Below, one piece after another: positions 29,301-38,848 of a stretch of DNA of 40,839 nt. Within the stretch, counting starts at the first letter, position 1, and every line of letters begins with the position of its first letter. Source of the stretch: an uncultured Clostridia bacterium (GTDB lineage: Bacteria > Bacillota > Clostridia > TANB77 > CAG-508); the NCBI GenBank assembly GCA_947624925.1, contig CANQMG010000003.1, forward strand, positions 1 through 40,839. Reading direction: 5' to 3'. A program made the translations under genes and the position numbers. Under the pieces are notes generated by a model, which did no database searches, was not told where the DNA came from, and worked only from the letters and a program-made list of their open reading frames with translations.

Positions 29301-29716
29301 GGTTAAATAAAAAGTTAAATGCCCATTTAACATAAATAAAGGGAACTTAACACTGGATACTTATATTATATCTTGTTACTTTTCTTAAATGATATAAAAA
29401 CAAATTTTTAGATTGTTTGTAAATGGTGCCGATAGGCATTTATATACCATTTACAAATATATAAAAATTTGTTATAATATTATTCTAAAAGTATAATATA
29501 AAAATAGGTAAGCGGGAATTTATCTTTGAAAATATATCAATGCCTGCTTATTTGTCGTTTTTTAAATAAAATATTTTATATATGAAAAATTATAAAAATG
29601 AATAATTTAATATAATTTTTATCTAAAAATTAATACTTTTTTACAAAAAAACGGGCATTTAATCTCGGATTAGGTATAGTTACTATACAAAAGGGCATTT
29701 AAGTTTTAATTCAACG
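29301..29716. mobile_element. 416-bp MITE-like non-autonomous element
   Basis: Imperfect terminal inverted repeats (21/26 match; GGTTAAATAAAAAGTTAAATGCCC vs GGGCATTTAAGTTTTAATTCAACG) flanked by the exact 13-bp direct repeat ATTTATAAAAAAA (29288-29300 and 29717-29729); no ORF. Confidence 0.7.
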
Positions 29717-29797
29717 ATTTATAAAAAAATAAAAAACTATTAAACAAACCTATTTTCATTTTAGAAAAATAGGTTTATAATGTTATAGGGTGAAAAA

Positions 29798-30475
29798 ATG
29801 GATGTAAAAAATTTAGAAAAAGATTTAGGACTTGAATTCAATAATATAAATCTTCTAAAAAATGCTCTTACACATACATCATATGCTTATGAAAATAATG
29901 TAAAAAGCAATGAAAAATTAGAATTCTTAGGAGATAGTATTTTAGAATTTATAACAAGTAAATATTTATACAATAATTATTTTAATTTAAAAGAAGGAGA
30001 AATGACTAAAGTTAGAGCAACAGTTGTATGTGAAGATAGTTTATATAAGATTGCAGTAAAGCATAATTTTAGTGATTTTTTGTACTTAGGAAAAAGTGAA
30101 AGATATAATGAAAGTGGAAAAAAAAGTAAAGCAATACTTGCAGATAGTGTAGAAGCAGTTATTGCAGCTATATATTTAGACTTAGGAATTGAAAAAGCCG
30201 AAAAATTTATAATAGATAATTTAAAAGACGAAATAAAAATAGCAAGTCAAAATGTAGGAGAAAAAGATTATAAAACAGTATTGCAAGAGAAACTTCAAAT
30301 AAATGGGAATGTAACAATAAAATATACAATATTAAAAGAAGAAGGTCCAGACCACGATAAAAAATTTGTATCACAAGTAGAATGTGATGGAAAAGTGTTG
30401 GGAATTGGAGAAGGAAAAAGTAAAAAATCATCAGAAATGATGGCAGCAAAACAAGCATTAATGAAAATAAATTAA
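29798..30475 (+). CDS. rnc: Ribonuclease III
   Basis: ALTHTSY, NEKLEFLGDSIL, LADSVEAVIAAIYLD; dsRBD DYKTVLQE...GPDHDK...GEGKSKK. Confidence 0.96.
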   Translation: MDVKNLEKDLGLEFNNINLLKNALTHTSYAYENNVKSNEKLEFLGDSILEFITSKYLYNNYFNLKEGEMTKVRATVVCEDSLYKIAVKHNFSDFLYLGKSERYNESGKKSKAILADSVEAVIAAIYLDLGIEKAEKFIIDNLKDEIKIASQNVGEKDYKTVLQEKLQINGNVTIKYTILKEEGPDHDKKFVSQVECDGKVLGIGEGKSKKSSEMMAAKQALMKIN

Positions 30476-30486
30476 GAGGAGGGTAT

Positions 30487-31572
30487 ATGAAAAAACAATA
30501 TATAATACCAATATTTATACCACATTTAGGATGCCCTAATGATTGCACTTTTTGTAATCAAAAAAGCATAAGTGGTACAAAACATATGCCAACAAAAGAA
30601 GAAATAAAAAATGAAATTGAAAAAAATTTAAAATATTTTAAAGAAGAAGATAAAAATGTTGAAATTGCATTTTTTGGTGGAAGTTTTACAGGAATAGAAC
30701 CAAAGCTTCAAGAAGAGTTTTTACAAATTGCGAACGAATACATAATATCAAAACAAGTAAATAGCATTAGAATTTCAACTAGACCAGATTATATAAACAA
30801 AGACATTTTAAAAATGCTAAAAAAATATCACGTAAAAACTATAGAATTAGGTGTTCAATCTACAAATGACTATATTTTAAAAAAATGTAAAAGAGGACAT
30901 ACTTTTGAAGATGTAAAAAAAGCATCTAAATTAATTAGATGGTATGGATTTAAATTAGGACATCAAATGATGGTTGGACTCCCTGAAAGTACAAAATTAG
31001 ATGAAATAAATACAGCAAAAGATTTAATAAAACTAAAACCTAAAATTGTTAGAATATATCCGGTATTAGTAATAAAAGGAACTCAGCTTGAAAAAGAATA
31101 TGAGGAAAAAGAATATGAGCCAATAACTGTAAATCAAGCTGTAGAAAGATGTAAGGAATTAGTATATTTATTTAATAAAAAGAAAATAGAAGTTATAAGA
31201 ATTGGTTTGCAAAATACAGAAGAAATTACTGATCCAAATGATGAAAAAAGTAGTGTTACTGCTGGCCCATATCATCCTGCGTTTGGACAACTTGTAGAAG
31301 ATAGTATATGGTATGATAGTATTCTAGATAAAATAAAAGCAGTTAATGTTAAAGTAAAAGATGCTAAACTATATGTAAATCCAGATAATCTAAACAATGC
31401 AATAGGACATAAAAAGTCAAACATTATTAATATACAAAAAACATATGATGTAGACCTTAAAGTAGTCGCAGATGAAAAAATAAAACCTGGAAATTCAAAA
31501 TTAGAAATTGTAAAAACATATGATGATTACCTAGAAGAAATAAGAAAAAAACAAGAAAAAGTAAAAAGCTAA
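30487..31572 (+). CDS. Elp3/YhcC-like radical SAM protein
   Basis: IPIFIPHLGCPNDCTFCNQ (CxxxCxxC), FFGGSFT, STRPD, IELGVQS, GPYHPAF; usual neighbour of rnc in clostridia. Confidence 0.9.
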   Translation: MKKQYIIPIFIPHLGCPNDCTFCNQKSISGTKHMPTKEEIKNEIEKNLKYFKEEDKNVEIAFFGGSFTGIEPKLQEEFLQIANEYIISKQVNSIRISTRPDYINKDILKMLKKYHVKTIELGVQSTNDYILKKCKRGHTFEDVKKASKLIRWYGFKLGHQMMVGLPESTKLDEINTAKDLIKLKPKIVRIYPVLVIKGTQLEKEYEEKEYEPITVNQAVERCKELVYLFNKKKIEVIRIGLQNTEEITDPNDEKSSVTAGPYHPAFGQLVEDSIWYDSILDKIKAVNVKVKDAKLYVNPDNLNNAIGHKKSNIINIQKTYDVDLKVVADEKIKPGNSKLEIVKTYDDYLEEIRKKQEKVKS

Positions 31573-31581
31573 AATTTGTAT

Positions 31582-31623
31582 AAAAAAGCCTATAATGTAA
31601 ATAATTACATTATAGGCTTTTTT
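31582..31623. terminator. Long bidirectional terminator hairpin
   Basis: AAAAAAGCCTATAATGTAA-ATAA-TTACATTATAGGCTTTTTT. Confidence 0.85.
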
Positions 31624-31658
31624 CTGAAAATATAAATATTGAAATGTATATATATAAT

Positions 31659-31763
31659 TTTTCGTAATGAACGCTGTGGGGACCGACAAATTAGATACTG
31701 TTTCTGGCTAATGTAATTAGGCAGATTACAGTATCTATGCAGTTGGGGGTGATATGGAGAAAA
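31659..31763 (+). ncRNA. Candidate structured RNA (unassigned)
   Basis: GC-enriched intergenic island with nested stems TAGATACTGT/ACAGTATCTA, TCTGGCTAAT/ATTAGGCAGA and CCGAC/GTTGG. Confidence 0.4.
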
Positions 31764-31809
31764 ATTATATATATACATTTCTATAAAATAATATTTCTGT
31801 GAGGTATTT

Positions 31810-32676
31810 ATGCAAAGAAAAAATAAAAGAATAATATTAATCATAAAAAAATACATTTTTGAACTTATGCAAATCATATTAGGGACAGCATTAATGGCAT
31901 TAGGAGTTTCACAATTTTTACTCCCAAATCAATTATCATCTGGAGGATTTTCTGGAATTGCAACAATAACATACTATTTATTAAATCTGCCTATGGGTAC
32001 AGTTATTTTAGCTTTAAATATACCACTATTTATACTTGCTTTTTTTAGAATAGGAAAAATCTTTTTTGCAAAAGCAATTATTGGAACAGCTTTACTTTCT
32101 GTGTTTATTGATATGTTTGACAAATTTAATTCTTTAACTAATGATAGATTTTTAGCTTGTATATATGGTGGAATAATAACTGGTCTTGGAACTGCATTAA
32201 TACTAAAAGCTAACGCATCTACAGGTGGAAGTGACCTTTTAAGTTATATTATAAAAAGTTATAAAAAAACAGTAACTACAAGTAGCATTATTGTTATATT
32301 TGATACGATAGTAATACTATTAAATGTTATATTTTTTAAAAAATTAGAGGTAGGTTTTTATTCTGCAATTTCAATATATATTATGGGAAAAGTGCTAGAT
32401 ATAGCTTTTGAAGGAATAGATTTTTCAAAAATGATACTTATTGTTTCAGATAAGTATAAAGAAATTGCAAAAGAAATAGGAAAAGAATTAAAAAGAGGTA
32501 GTACAGGATTTTATTCTAAAGGAATGTACACAGATGAGGAAAAAATGACATTACTTTGTGTTGCATCAAGAAATGAAGTTGTCAAAATAAAATTAATTGT
32601 AAACAAAATAGACCATAAAAATTTTATGATAGTATCAAATGCAAGAGAAGTCTATGGTAAAGGATTTAAGACTTAG
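31810..32676 (+). CDS. YitT family membrane protein (DUF161/DUF2179)
   Basis: FLLPNQLSSGGFSG, LNIPLF, ASTGGSD, RGST..KGMYT, ID..FMIVS.AREVYGKGF. Confidence 0.92.
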   Translation: MQRKNKRIILIIKKYIFELMQIILGTALMALGVSQFLLPNQLSSGGFSGIATITYYLLNLPMGTVILALNIPLFILAFFRIGKIFFAKAIIGTALLSVFIDMFDKFNSLTNDRFLACIYGGIITGLGTALILKANASTGGSDLLSYIIKSYKKTVTTSSIIVIFDTIVILLNVIFFKKLEVGFYSAISIYIMGKVLDIAFEGIDFSKMILIVSDKYKEIAKEIGKELKRGSTGFYSKGMYTDEEKMTLLCVASRNEVVKIKLIVNKIDHKNFMIVSNAREVYGKGFKT

Positions 32677-32723
32677 GACCTATTATATCTTGATTTTTTG
32701 TTAAAATTATGTCATAATGTGAT

Positions 32724-33617
32724 ATGAAGGGTGATATTTCGAAAATGAAGGAACAAATATTTATACTAGAAAATTATAATTCATTCAATCCAAAGCACAT
32801 TTTTGAATGTGGACAATGTTTTAGATGGAATTTAAATAATGATGGTAGTTATACAGGTGTATTTAAAAATAATGTTTTAAATGTCAAAAAAGAAGATAAC
32901 AAAATTGTATTTAAAGGTATGTGTGAGGATAATATAATTAAAATATGTATAGATTATTTTGATTTAGATACAGATTATATAGATATAAAAAAAAGATTAT
33001 CAAAAATAGATAATAACTTAAAATTAAGTGTTGAATTTGGAGAAGGAATACGAATATTAAATCAAGATCTTTGGGAAGCATTAATTAGTTTTATTATTTC
33101 AGCTAATAATAATATACCTAGAATAAAAGGAATAATAGAAAGATTATCTAAAACATATGGAAAGCCAATTATTTGGAATGAATGTACATATTATACTTTT
33201 CCCACACCAGAAGAATTGTCAAAAGCAAGTGAGCAAGATTTAAGAAATTTAGGATTAGGTTTTAGAGATAAAAGAGTTTTTGAAACAACTAAAATTATTA
33301 ATGAAAATAAAGGCTTATTAGATGAGTTAAAACAAGAAGAAAATATTCAAATTCTAAGAGAAAAACTAAATAAATTTCCTGGAGTTGGTCCAAAAGTTGC
33401 AGACTGCATAATGCTTTTCTCATTAAAAAAATTTAATGTATTTCCTATAGATGTTTGGGTTAGAAGAGTAATGAATGACCTTTATATAAAAAATGAAGAT
33501 GAAACAAAAGTTAGCAAAAAACAAATAGAAAAATTAGCGCAAGAAAAATATGGAGATATAGCAGGACTCGCACAGCAATATTTGTTTTATTGGAGAAGAG
33601 AAAATGAAGCAGTATAG
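32724..33617 (+). CDS. ogg: 8-oxoguanine DNA glycosylase (HhH-GPD); the true start may be ATG 32745
   Basis: FECGQCFRW, GIRILNQD.WE..ISFIISANNNIPRI, GLGFRDK, PGVGPKVADC, FPIDVW, AGLAQQYLF. Confidence 0.93.
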   Translation: MKGDISKMKEQIFILENYNSFNPKHIFECGQCFRWNLNNDGSYTGVFKNNVLNVKKEDNKIVFKGMCEDNIIKICIDYFDLDTDYIDIKKRLSKIDNNLKLSVEFGEGIRILNQDLWEALISFIISANNNIPRIKGIIERLSKTYGKPIIWNECTYYTFPTPEELSKASEQDLRNLGLGFRDKRVFETTKIINENKGLLDELKQEENIQILREKLNKFPGVGPKVADCIMLFSLKKFNVFPIDVWVRRVMNDLYIKNEDETKVSKKQIEKLAQEKYGDIAGLAQQYLFYWRRENEAV

Positions 33618-33644
33618 ATATTAAATAATTATAAGGAGAACAAA

Positions 33645-34490
33645 ATGTTAGATGTAATTATAGAAACTTTAATAGATTCATTAAAATTAATACCCTTTTT
33701 ATTTGTAGCATTTATATTAATTGAATCTATTGAACATAAATTAAATAATAAAAAAATAATCAAAAAATCAGGAAAATTTGGACCACTTATAGGTAGTATT
33801 CTAGGAGCATTTCCACAATGTGGATTTTCAGCAGCAATGACAAATTTATATAGTACAAGGATTATTACACTTGGTACATTAATTTCTGTCTATTTATCTA
33901 CATCAGATGAAATGCTACCAATATTAATATCTGAAAAGGCACCAATTGCTGTAATATTAAAAATAATAGGTTTAAAAGTTTTAATAGGATTTATATCTGG
34001 TTTTATAATAGATTTTATTATACAAAAAAGAAAAAAAGCAGACTCCGAGGAAGAAACAATAGAACATTTCTGTGAAAAAGAGCATTGTCATTGTGAGAAA
34101 GGTATATTAAAATCTAGTGCTATACATACTTTAAAAATTACATTATTCATATTTATAGTAACATTTATACTAAATACAATACTTCATTATTTAGGAGAAA
34201 ATATACTTCAAAAAATTTTCTTAAAAGGAAGTATTGGAGGAGTATTTTTAGCAAGTTTAATAGGATTGATTCCAAACTGTGCATCTAGCGTAGCAATAAC
34301 AACTTTATATTTAGCAGATGCAATAACTTTTGGTGCAACAATGTCAGGATTACTTACTGGAAATGGAATAGGATTACTTTTATTATTCAAAACAAATAAA
34401 AATACTAAAGAAAATCTAAAAGTACTAGGACTCATTTATGCAATAGGCGTATTTTGCGGAGCTCTAATAGATGTAATAGGATTAAGGTAA
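33645..34490 (+). CDS. Putative metal (Mn) transporter / permease family membrane protein
   Basis: Two-fold repeats GAFPQCGFS and GLIPNCASS; YLSTSDE; His/Cys-rich loop EHFCEKEHCHC. Confidence 0.75.
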   Translation: MLDVIIETLIDSLKLIPFLFVAFILIESIEHKLNNKKIIKKSGKFGPLIGSILGAFPQCGFSAAMTNLYSTRIITLGTLISVYLSTSDEMLPILISEKAPIAVILKIIGLKVLIGFISGFIIDFIIQKRKKADSEEETIEHFCEKEHCHCEKGILKSSAIHTLKITLFIFIVTFILNTILHYLGENILQKIFLKGSIGGVFLASLIGLIPNCASSVAITTLYLADAITFGATMSGLLTGNGIGLLLLFKTNKNTKENLKVLGLIYAIGVFCGALIDVIGLR

Positions 34491-34550
34491 AATTTTAATT
34501 TAACACATAAAAATCACCTTTAGAAATATAATTTAAAAGGTGATTTTATT

Positions 34551-35819
34551 ATGAAAAAATCTATTATATCTATAATTTTATGCACATTAATTATAGTGCA
34601 AAATATATGCATTTTTTCAAACGATATAGAAGAAGAGTTAGATGGTAAAACTGTAGAAGAAATAATCCAAACCGTAAGTGATATTAAAGAAACACCCAAG
34701 ATAAATTCTAGAGCTGCTATAGTATTAGAAAGAAATTCAAAAAGAATATTATATGGAAAAAACGAAAATGATAAGAGACCAATGGCCTCTACAACAAAAA
34801 TAATTACGTCTCTATTGGTAATAGAAAAAGGAAATTTTGATGATACAGTTACAGTATCTAAAAAAGCAGCCGGAACAGGAGGATCAAGATTAGGACTTAA
34901 AACTAATGATAAAATTACTGTAAAAAATCTATTGTATGGACTTATGCTAATTTCAGGTAATGATGCTGCAGTTGCACTAGCAGAATATATTGCTGGAGAT
35001 GTTGCAAGTTTTGCAAATTTGATGAATGAAAAGGCTAAAGAAATAGGACTAAAAAATACGCATTATGTGACTCCGCATGGACTAGATTCAGAAGAACATT
35101 ATACTACAGCTTATGAGCTAGCAATACTTACAGATTATGCATTAAAAAATCAAACTTTTGCCAACATTGTAAAAACACAAAACTACACTATTACAATAAA
35201 TGGATATAGTAAATCATTAAATAATACTAACGAATTATTAGGGTACTTAGATGGAGTATATGGTGTAAAAACTGGATTTACAAATGGAGCAGGAAGATGT
35301 TTAGTAACAGCCACTAAAAGAGGAGATTTAGATATTATCTGTGTAGTTTTAGGTGCAGATACTAAAAAAGATAGAACACAAGATAGTATTAAATTAATAG
35401 AATATACATTTGAAAATTATAAAATGGAAAATTTAAAAAAAATAATACAAGATGAATTTGATAAATGGCAAAGAACCAATAAAATATCGGTATACAAAGG
35501 AGTAAAAGAAAATATAGATGTTATATTAGATGAAATTAATATACCATTATATCCTATGCGTATTGATGAAAAGATTGAAGTAAATATTACAGCAAATTAT
35601 AATTATGAAGCACCAGTAAATATAGGTACAATAATTGGAAAACTTACTGTTACATTAAATAAAGATAATATTTATGAATTTAATATAAAAGCAAAAGAAA
35701 CAGTAAGAAGAAAAATGATAAAAGATTATTTTAATCAAATAATTGGAAGTTACTGCGATATTTTAAGTAATTATTGTTACAGGATAATAGTTTTAGATAA
35801 AAAAATCCCTAAACCCTAG
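34551..35819 (+). CDS. D-alanyl-D-alanine carboxypeptidase (peptidase S11, DacB-like); the last 14 aa derive from the IS end
   Basis: STTK (SxxK), SGN (SxN), PHGLD and KTGFT motifs; PBP5_C-like tail. Confidence 0.92.
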   Translation: MKKSIISIILCTLIIVQNICIFSNDIEEELDGKTVEEIIQTVSDIKETPKINSRAAIVLERNSKRILYGKNENDKRPMASTTKIITSLLVIEKGNFDDTVTVSKKAAGTGGSRLGLKTNDKITVKNLLYGLMLISGNDAAVALAEYIAGDVASFANLMNEKAKEIGLKNTHYVTPHGLDSEEHYTTAYELAILTDYALKNQTFANIVKTQNYTITINGYSKSLNNTNELLGYLDGVYGVKTGFTNGAGRCLVTATKRGDLDIICVVLGADTKKDRTQDSIKLIEYTFENYKMENLKKIIQDEFDKWQRTNKISVYKGVKENIDVILDEINIPLYPMRIDEKIEVNITANYNYEAPVNIGTIIGKLTVTLNKDNIYEFNIKAKETVRRKMIKDYFNQIIGSYCDILSNYCYRIIVLDKKIPKP

Positions 35820-37685
35820 TTGTATGTAACATTTTTGTAACAAAATCTTCATATATTTTTTAAAATAAATATTTTTAAAAGTATATTACATCATATAAAC
35901 AGCTTCAATTTAAGTATATTTACTTAATTAAAGCTGTTTTTACATATTTTTCTAATAAAAAAAGAAATATATAATATAATCTTCTCTAAAATAATCCTAA
36001 TACTGTAATATCCTCGTAATGCTATTGTAACGTGCATTTTTAAAGAATATGTAGTATAATTATCACATCAAGAAAGGTGGTGATTTTACATGATATATTC
36101 TGAAAAACAATATAAAGAATTAGAAGAACAATTAAAGAAATTGAAAAGAGAAAATGAATTAAAAGAAAAAGAAAATAAATTATTGAAGCAACAAAATAAA
36201 CAAAAAGATGAAATTATTCATGATTTAGATAAAAACAACTACAAAGGGCAATATGAAACTTTAAAATTAGAAAATATAGAACTCAAAAAAAAACTAAAGA
36301 TATTCGAAGAAAAATTCGAGATGCAGAGAATCAGCTTAGGAAAAAATAGCAGTAATAGTTGTAAGCCATCATCAACAAATGGCTTTAAAAGAGTTGTTCA
36401 AAATAATCGTGTAAAATCTGGAAGAAAACCTGGTAGAGAAAAAGGTCATTTAAAGTCTACTCCGACTGTAAGTAAAACACCAGATGAAGTAGTAAAAGTA
36501 TCTAGAGTAGCAACATGTACATGTGGTCATAAGACAATAGAGAAAGAAGAAGTATCAAGAGATTTAATATCACTAGAAATAATTGTACATACTACACAGT
36601 ATAGAGGCAAGAAAACAGTATGTCCATGTTGTAATAAAGAATATATGCCTAAATTTCCAGAACAAGTAAAAAATATAATAAACTATGATGAAGGAATAAA
36701 GGCACTGATAGTATACTTAAATTCATATTGTAATGTGCCAAACCAAAAGACAGTAGAACTATTAGGTTTATTAAGCAACGATAAAATAAAGATGTGTCAT
36801 GGTACAGTTGGAAATACCATAGCTCAATTTAGTAAAAAAAGTAAGCCTATTCTAAAAAAGATGAAACAACAAATCTTAAAGACACCAGTAATTAATGAAG
36901 ATGAAACACCAATAAAAGTCAATGGCAAGCTTATGAGTGTAATAGGGGTATTTACAAAAGGAATATCATTACTAGAAGCTTTTGAGCATAGAACTCTCGA
37001 AAGTTTTGAAGAAATGGGTATTCTTAATAGATATATAGGAACAGTATGTCATGACCATAATAAAATACATGACTCATTTATACAATCAAAACAAGCAGAA
37101 TGTAATTTTCACATTTTAAGATATTGTAAAGCAGAATATGAAGTACATAAAAGAGAATGTATTAAAAAATTTATGGATTATCTGTTAAGCTTGAGGGATA
37201 AAGTTGATGAATATAAATTGGAAGGGAAAACATCTTTCACAGAGAAAGAATACGAAGAAGTAAAAACAAAATACTTAAAATTACTAGACATATGGGATAC
37301 AGAATTTAAAAAAGATTATGATAAAAAAGAATATTTTGATAGTGAGAGATGTTTAAAAACAAGGCTGAGAGAACGTGTTGATGATCATTTAAGATTTTTA
37401 ACAGATTTTAGAATTGATTTTACAAATAATTTAGCAGAAAGAGGATTAAGAAAAGTAAAAACGAAATTAAAAATTGCAGGAGGATTTAGGAAATTAGAAT
37501 TTTCTAGATATTATTGTGATGCAATAAGTATAATAGATACATGTAAGAAGCAAAATATGAATATTGGAGAAACCATAAAAAATATATTTAAAGGAAATAA
37601 AAAAATATTTGCTTTTTAAATTAAGCGAACCTTCCTATTTCAAGGAAAGCCCGCTATTTTTTATCTAAAACCTTTATCTTGTAAC
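35776..37685 (+). mobile_element. Complete 1910-bp single-ORF IS66-family insertion sequence
   Basis: Terminal IRs GTTACAGGATAATAGTTTTAGATAAAAAA and (reverse complement) GTTACAAGATAAAGGTTTTAGATAAAAAA; 8-bp target duplication TAATTATT at 35768-35775 and 37686-37693. Confidence 0.92.
36090..37619 (+). CDS. IS66 family DDE transposase (ISBst12-like, no TnpA/TnpB accessory genes)
   Basis: Coiled coil, KNSSNSCKPSS, GRKPGREKGH, CxCG...CPCC zinc finger, DET, ECNFHILR, FTNNLAERGLR.K.K.KIAGGFR. Confidence 0.92.
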   Translation: MIYSEKQYKELEEQLKKLKRENELKEKENKLLKQQNKQKDEIIHDLDKNNYKGQYETLKLENIELKKKLKIFEEKFEMQRISLGKNSSNSCKPSSTNGFKRVVQNNRVKSGRKPGREKGHLKSTPTVSKTPDEVVKVSRVATCTCGHKTIEKEEVSRDLISLEIIVHTTQYRGKKTVCPCCNKEYMPKFPEQVKNIINYDEGIKALIVYLNSYCNVPNQKTVELLGLLSNDKIKMCHGTVGNTIAQFSKKSKPILKKMKQQILKTPVINEDETPIKVNGKLMSVIGVFTKGISLLEAFEHRTLESFEEMGILNRYIGTVCHDHNKIHDSFIQSKQAECNFHILRYCKAEYEVHKRECIKKFMDYLLSLRDKVDEYKLEGKTSFTEKEYEEVKTKYLKLLDIWDTEFKKDYDKKEYFDSERCLKTRLRERVDDHLRFLTDFRIDFTNNLAERGLRKVKTKLKIAGGFRKLEFSRYYCDAISIIDTCKKQNMNIGETIKNIFKGNKKIFAF

Positions 37686-37767
37686 TAATTATTAAATTCT
37701 ATTCTCCTATTTATTGACATAAAAACGTATAATGTGATAATATACAGTAAAAATAGGAGAAATTTTT

Positions 37768-38607
37768 ATGTATAGTGTAAATAGTTTAGTGGAAACTAAT
37801 AAACCAAAAAAAAGAATTAAAATACTAGGAATTAGCATATACAAAATATTAGTTTATTTTATTATTTATAGTGTTGTAGGATACGTTTTTGAAACGTTAT
37901 TTGGAATTATAACAAAGGGAGTATGGGAGAGCAGACAAAGTTTTTTATATGGACCATTTTGTGGAATATATGGATTAGGAGCTGTTGTATTAATTTTATC
38001 TTTGCAATATTTTAATAAAAGTGCAAATAAGCTATTTGTTGGTGGATTTATAGTAGGCTCAATAGTCGAATACTTAGTTAGTTTAGTAGGAGAATTAATT
38101 TTTCATGTAAAATGGTGGGATTACTCTCATATGCCTTTAAACATAAATGGGAGAATATGTGTATACTATTCTATTTTTTGGGGACTTTTAGCAGTATATT
38201 TTATGATGTCCTTTCATCCCAAAGTAGAAAAGCTTGTTAATCAAATAGAAACTAAAAAACCAATGAAATCTTTAAAAATTATTACAATAGTTGTATCTGT
38301 ATTTTTACTATTAGACTTTTTAATTACGATGTTTGCATTAAAAGCATTTATTGTTAGAAAAGTATATGAGTATGACTTAAATGTATCAAATAAAGAATAT
38401 GTAATTAATGATACATATAGCAAAATATATGGTAATGAAAAAGTAGCTAATTTTATTTATAAATATTTTAGCGATAAAAAAATGATTAAGACATTTCCAA
38501 ATTTAAAAATCCAAGATGTAAATGGAAATATATTATATCTAAATCAATATGTTGGAAATATACAACCATATTATATGAAAATATTTGAAAAAAGAATAGA
38601 AAATTAA
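37768..38607 (+). CDS. Putative ABC transporter permease (DUF1113/CmpB-like)
   Basis: YFIIYSVVGYVFE, FLYGPFCGIYG.GA, EYLVS, WWDYS.MPLNINGRIC...FWG. Confidence 0.85.
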   Translation: MYSVNSLVETNKPKKRIKILGISIYKILVYFIIYSVVGYVFETLFGIITKGVWESRQSFLYGPFCGIYGLGAVVLILSLQYFNKSANKLFVGGFIVGSIVEYLVSLVGELIFHVKWWDYSHMPLNINGRICVYYSIFWGLLAVYFMMSFHPKVEKLVNQIETKKPMKSLKIITIVVSVFLLLDFLITMFALKAFIVRKVYEYDLNVSNKEYVINDTYSKIYGNEKVANFIYKYFSDKKMIKTFPNLKIQDVNGNILYLNQYVGNIQPYYMKIFEKRIEN

Positions 38608-38608
38608 T

Positions 38609-38814
38609 TGAATAATGAAAATTAAATGATGAATAATGAATAATTTCAAATATGCTTATCTATTAATTAGAAATTATTCATTTTTCATTATTCACTATTA
38701 AATATTAATTGCGGTATGAATACACCACACATTTGAATGCATACTCCAATTTGATATTTTTATAAAGCAAGTAATATCAATGTTTACAAGGCACAATATG
38801 CAAAAATTAATGTA
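38609..38814. repeat. Direct repeat copy 1 (about 206 bp) with 7-nt periodic hairpin
   Basis: Aligns without gaps to 40460-40665 (offset 1851); includes a 42-nt identical block. Confidence 0.9.
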
Positions 38815-38848
38815 GTATTAATGTAGATTTTAATATAAAGTGAATTTA

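Noticed and set aside
31605-31877. 90-aa minus-strand ORF
   Set aside because: Overlaps yitT antisense and lacks an RBS; the region is better explained as structured RNA.
38609-38710. Heptamer repeats as a CRISPR array
   Set aside because: 7-nt tandem units without unique spacers, and no cas genes.
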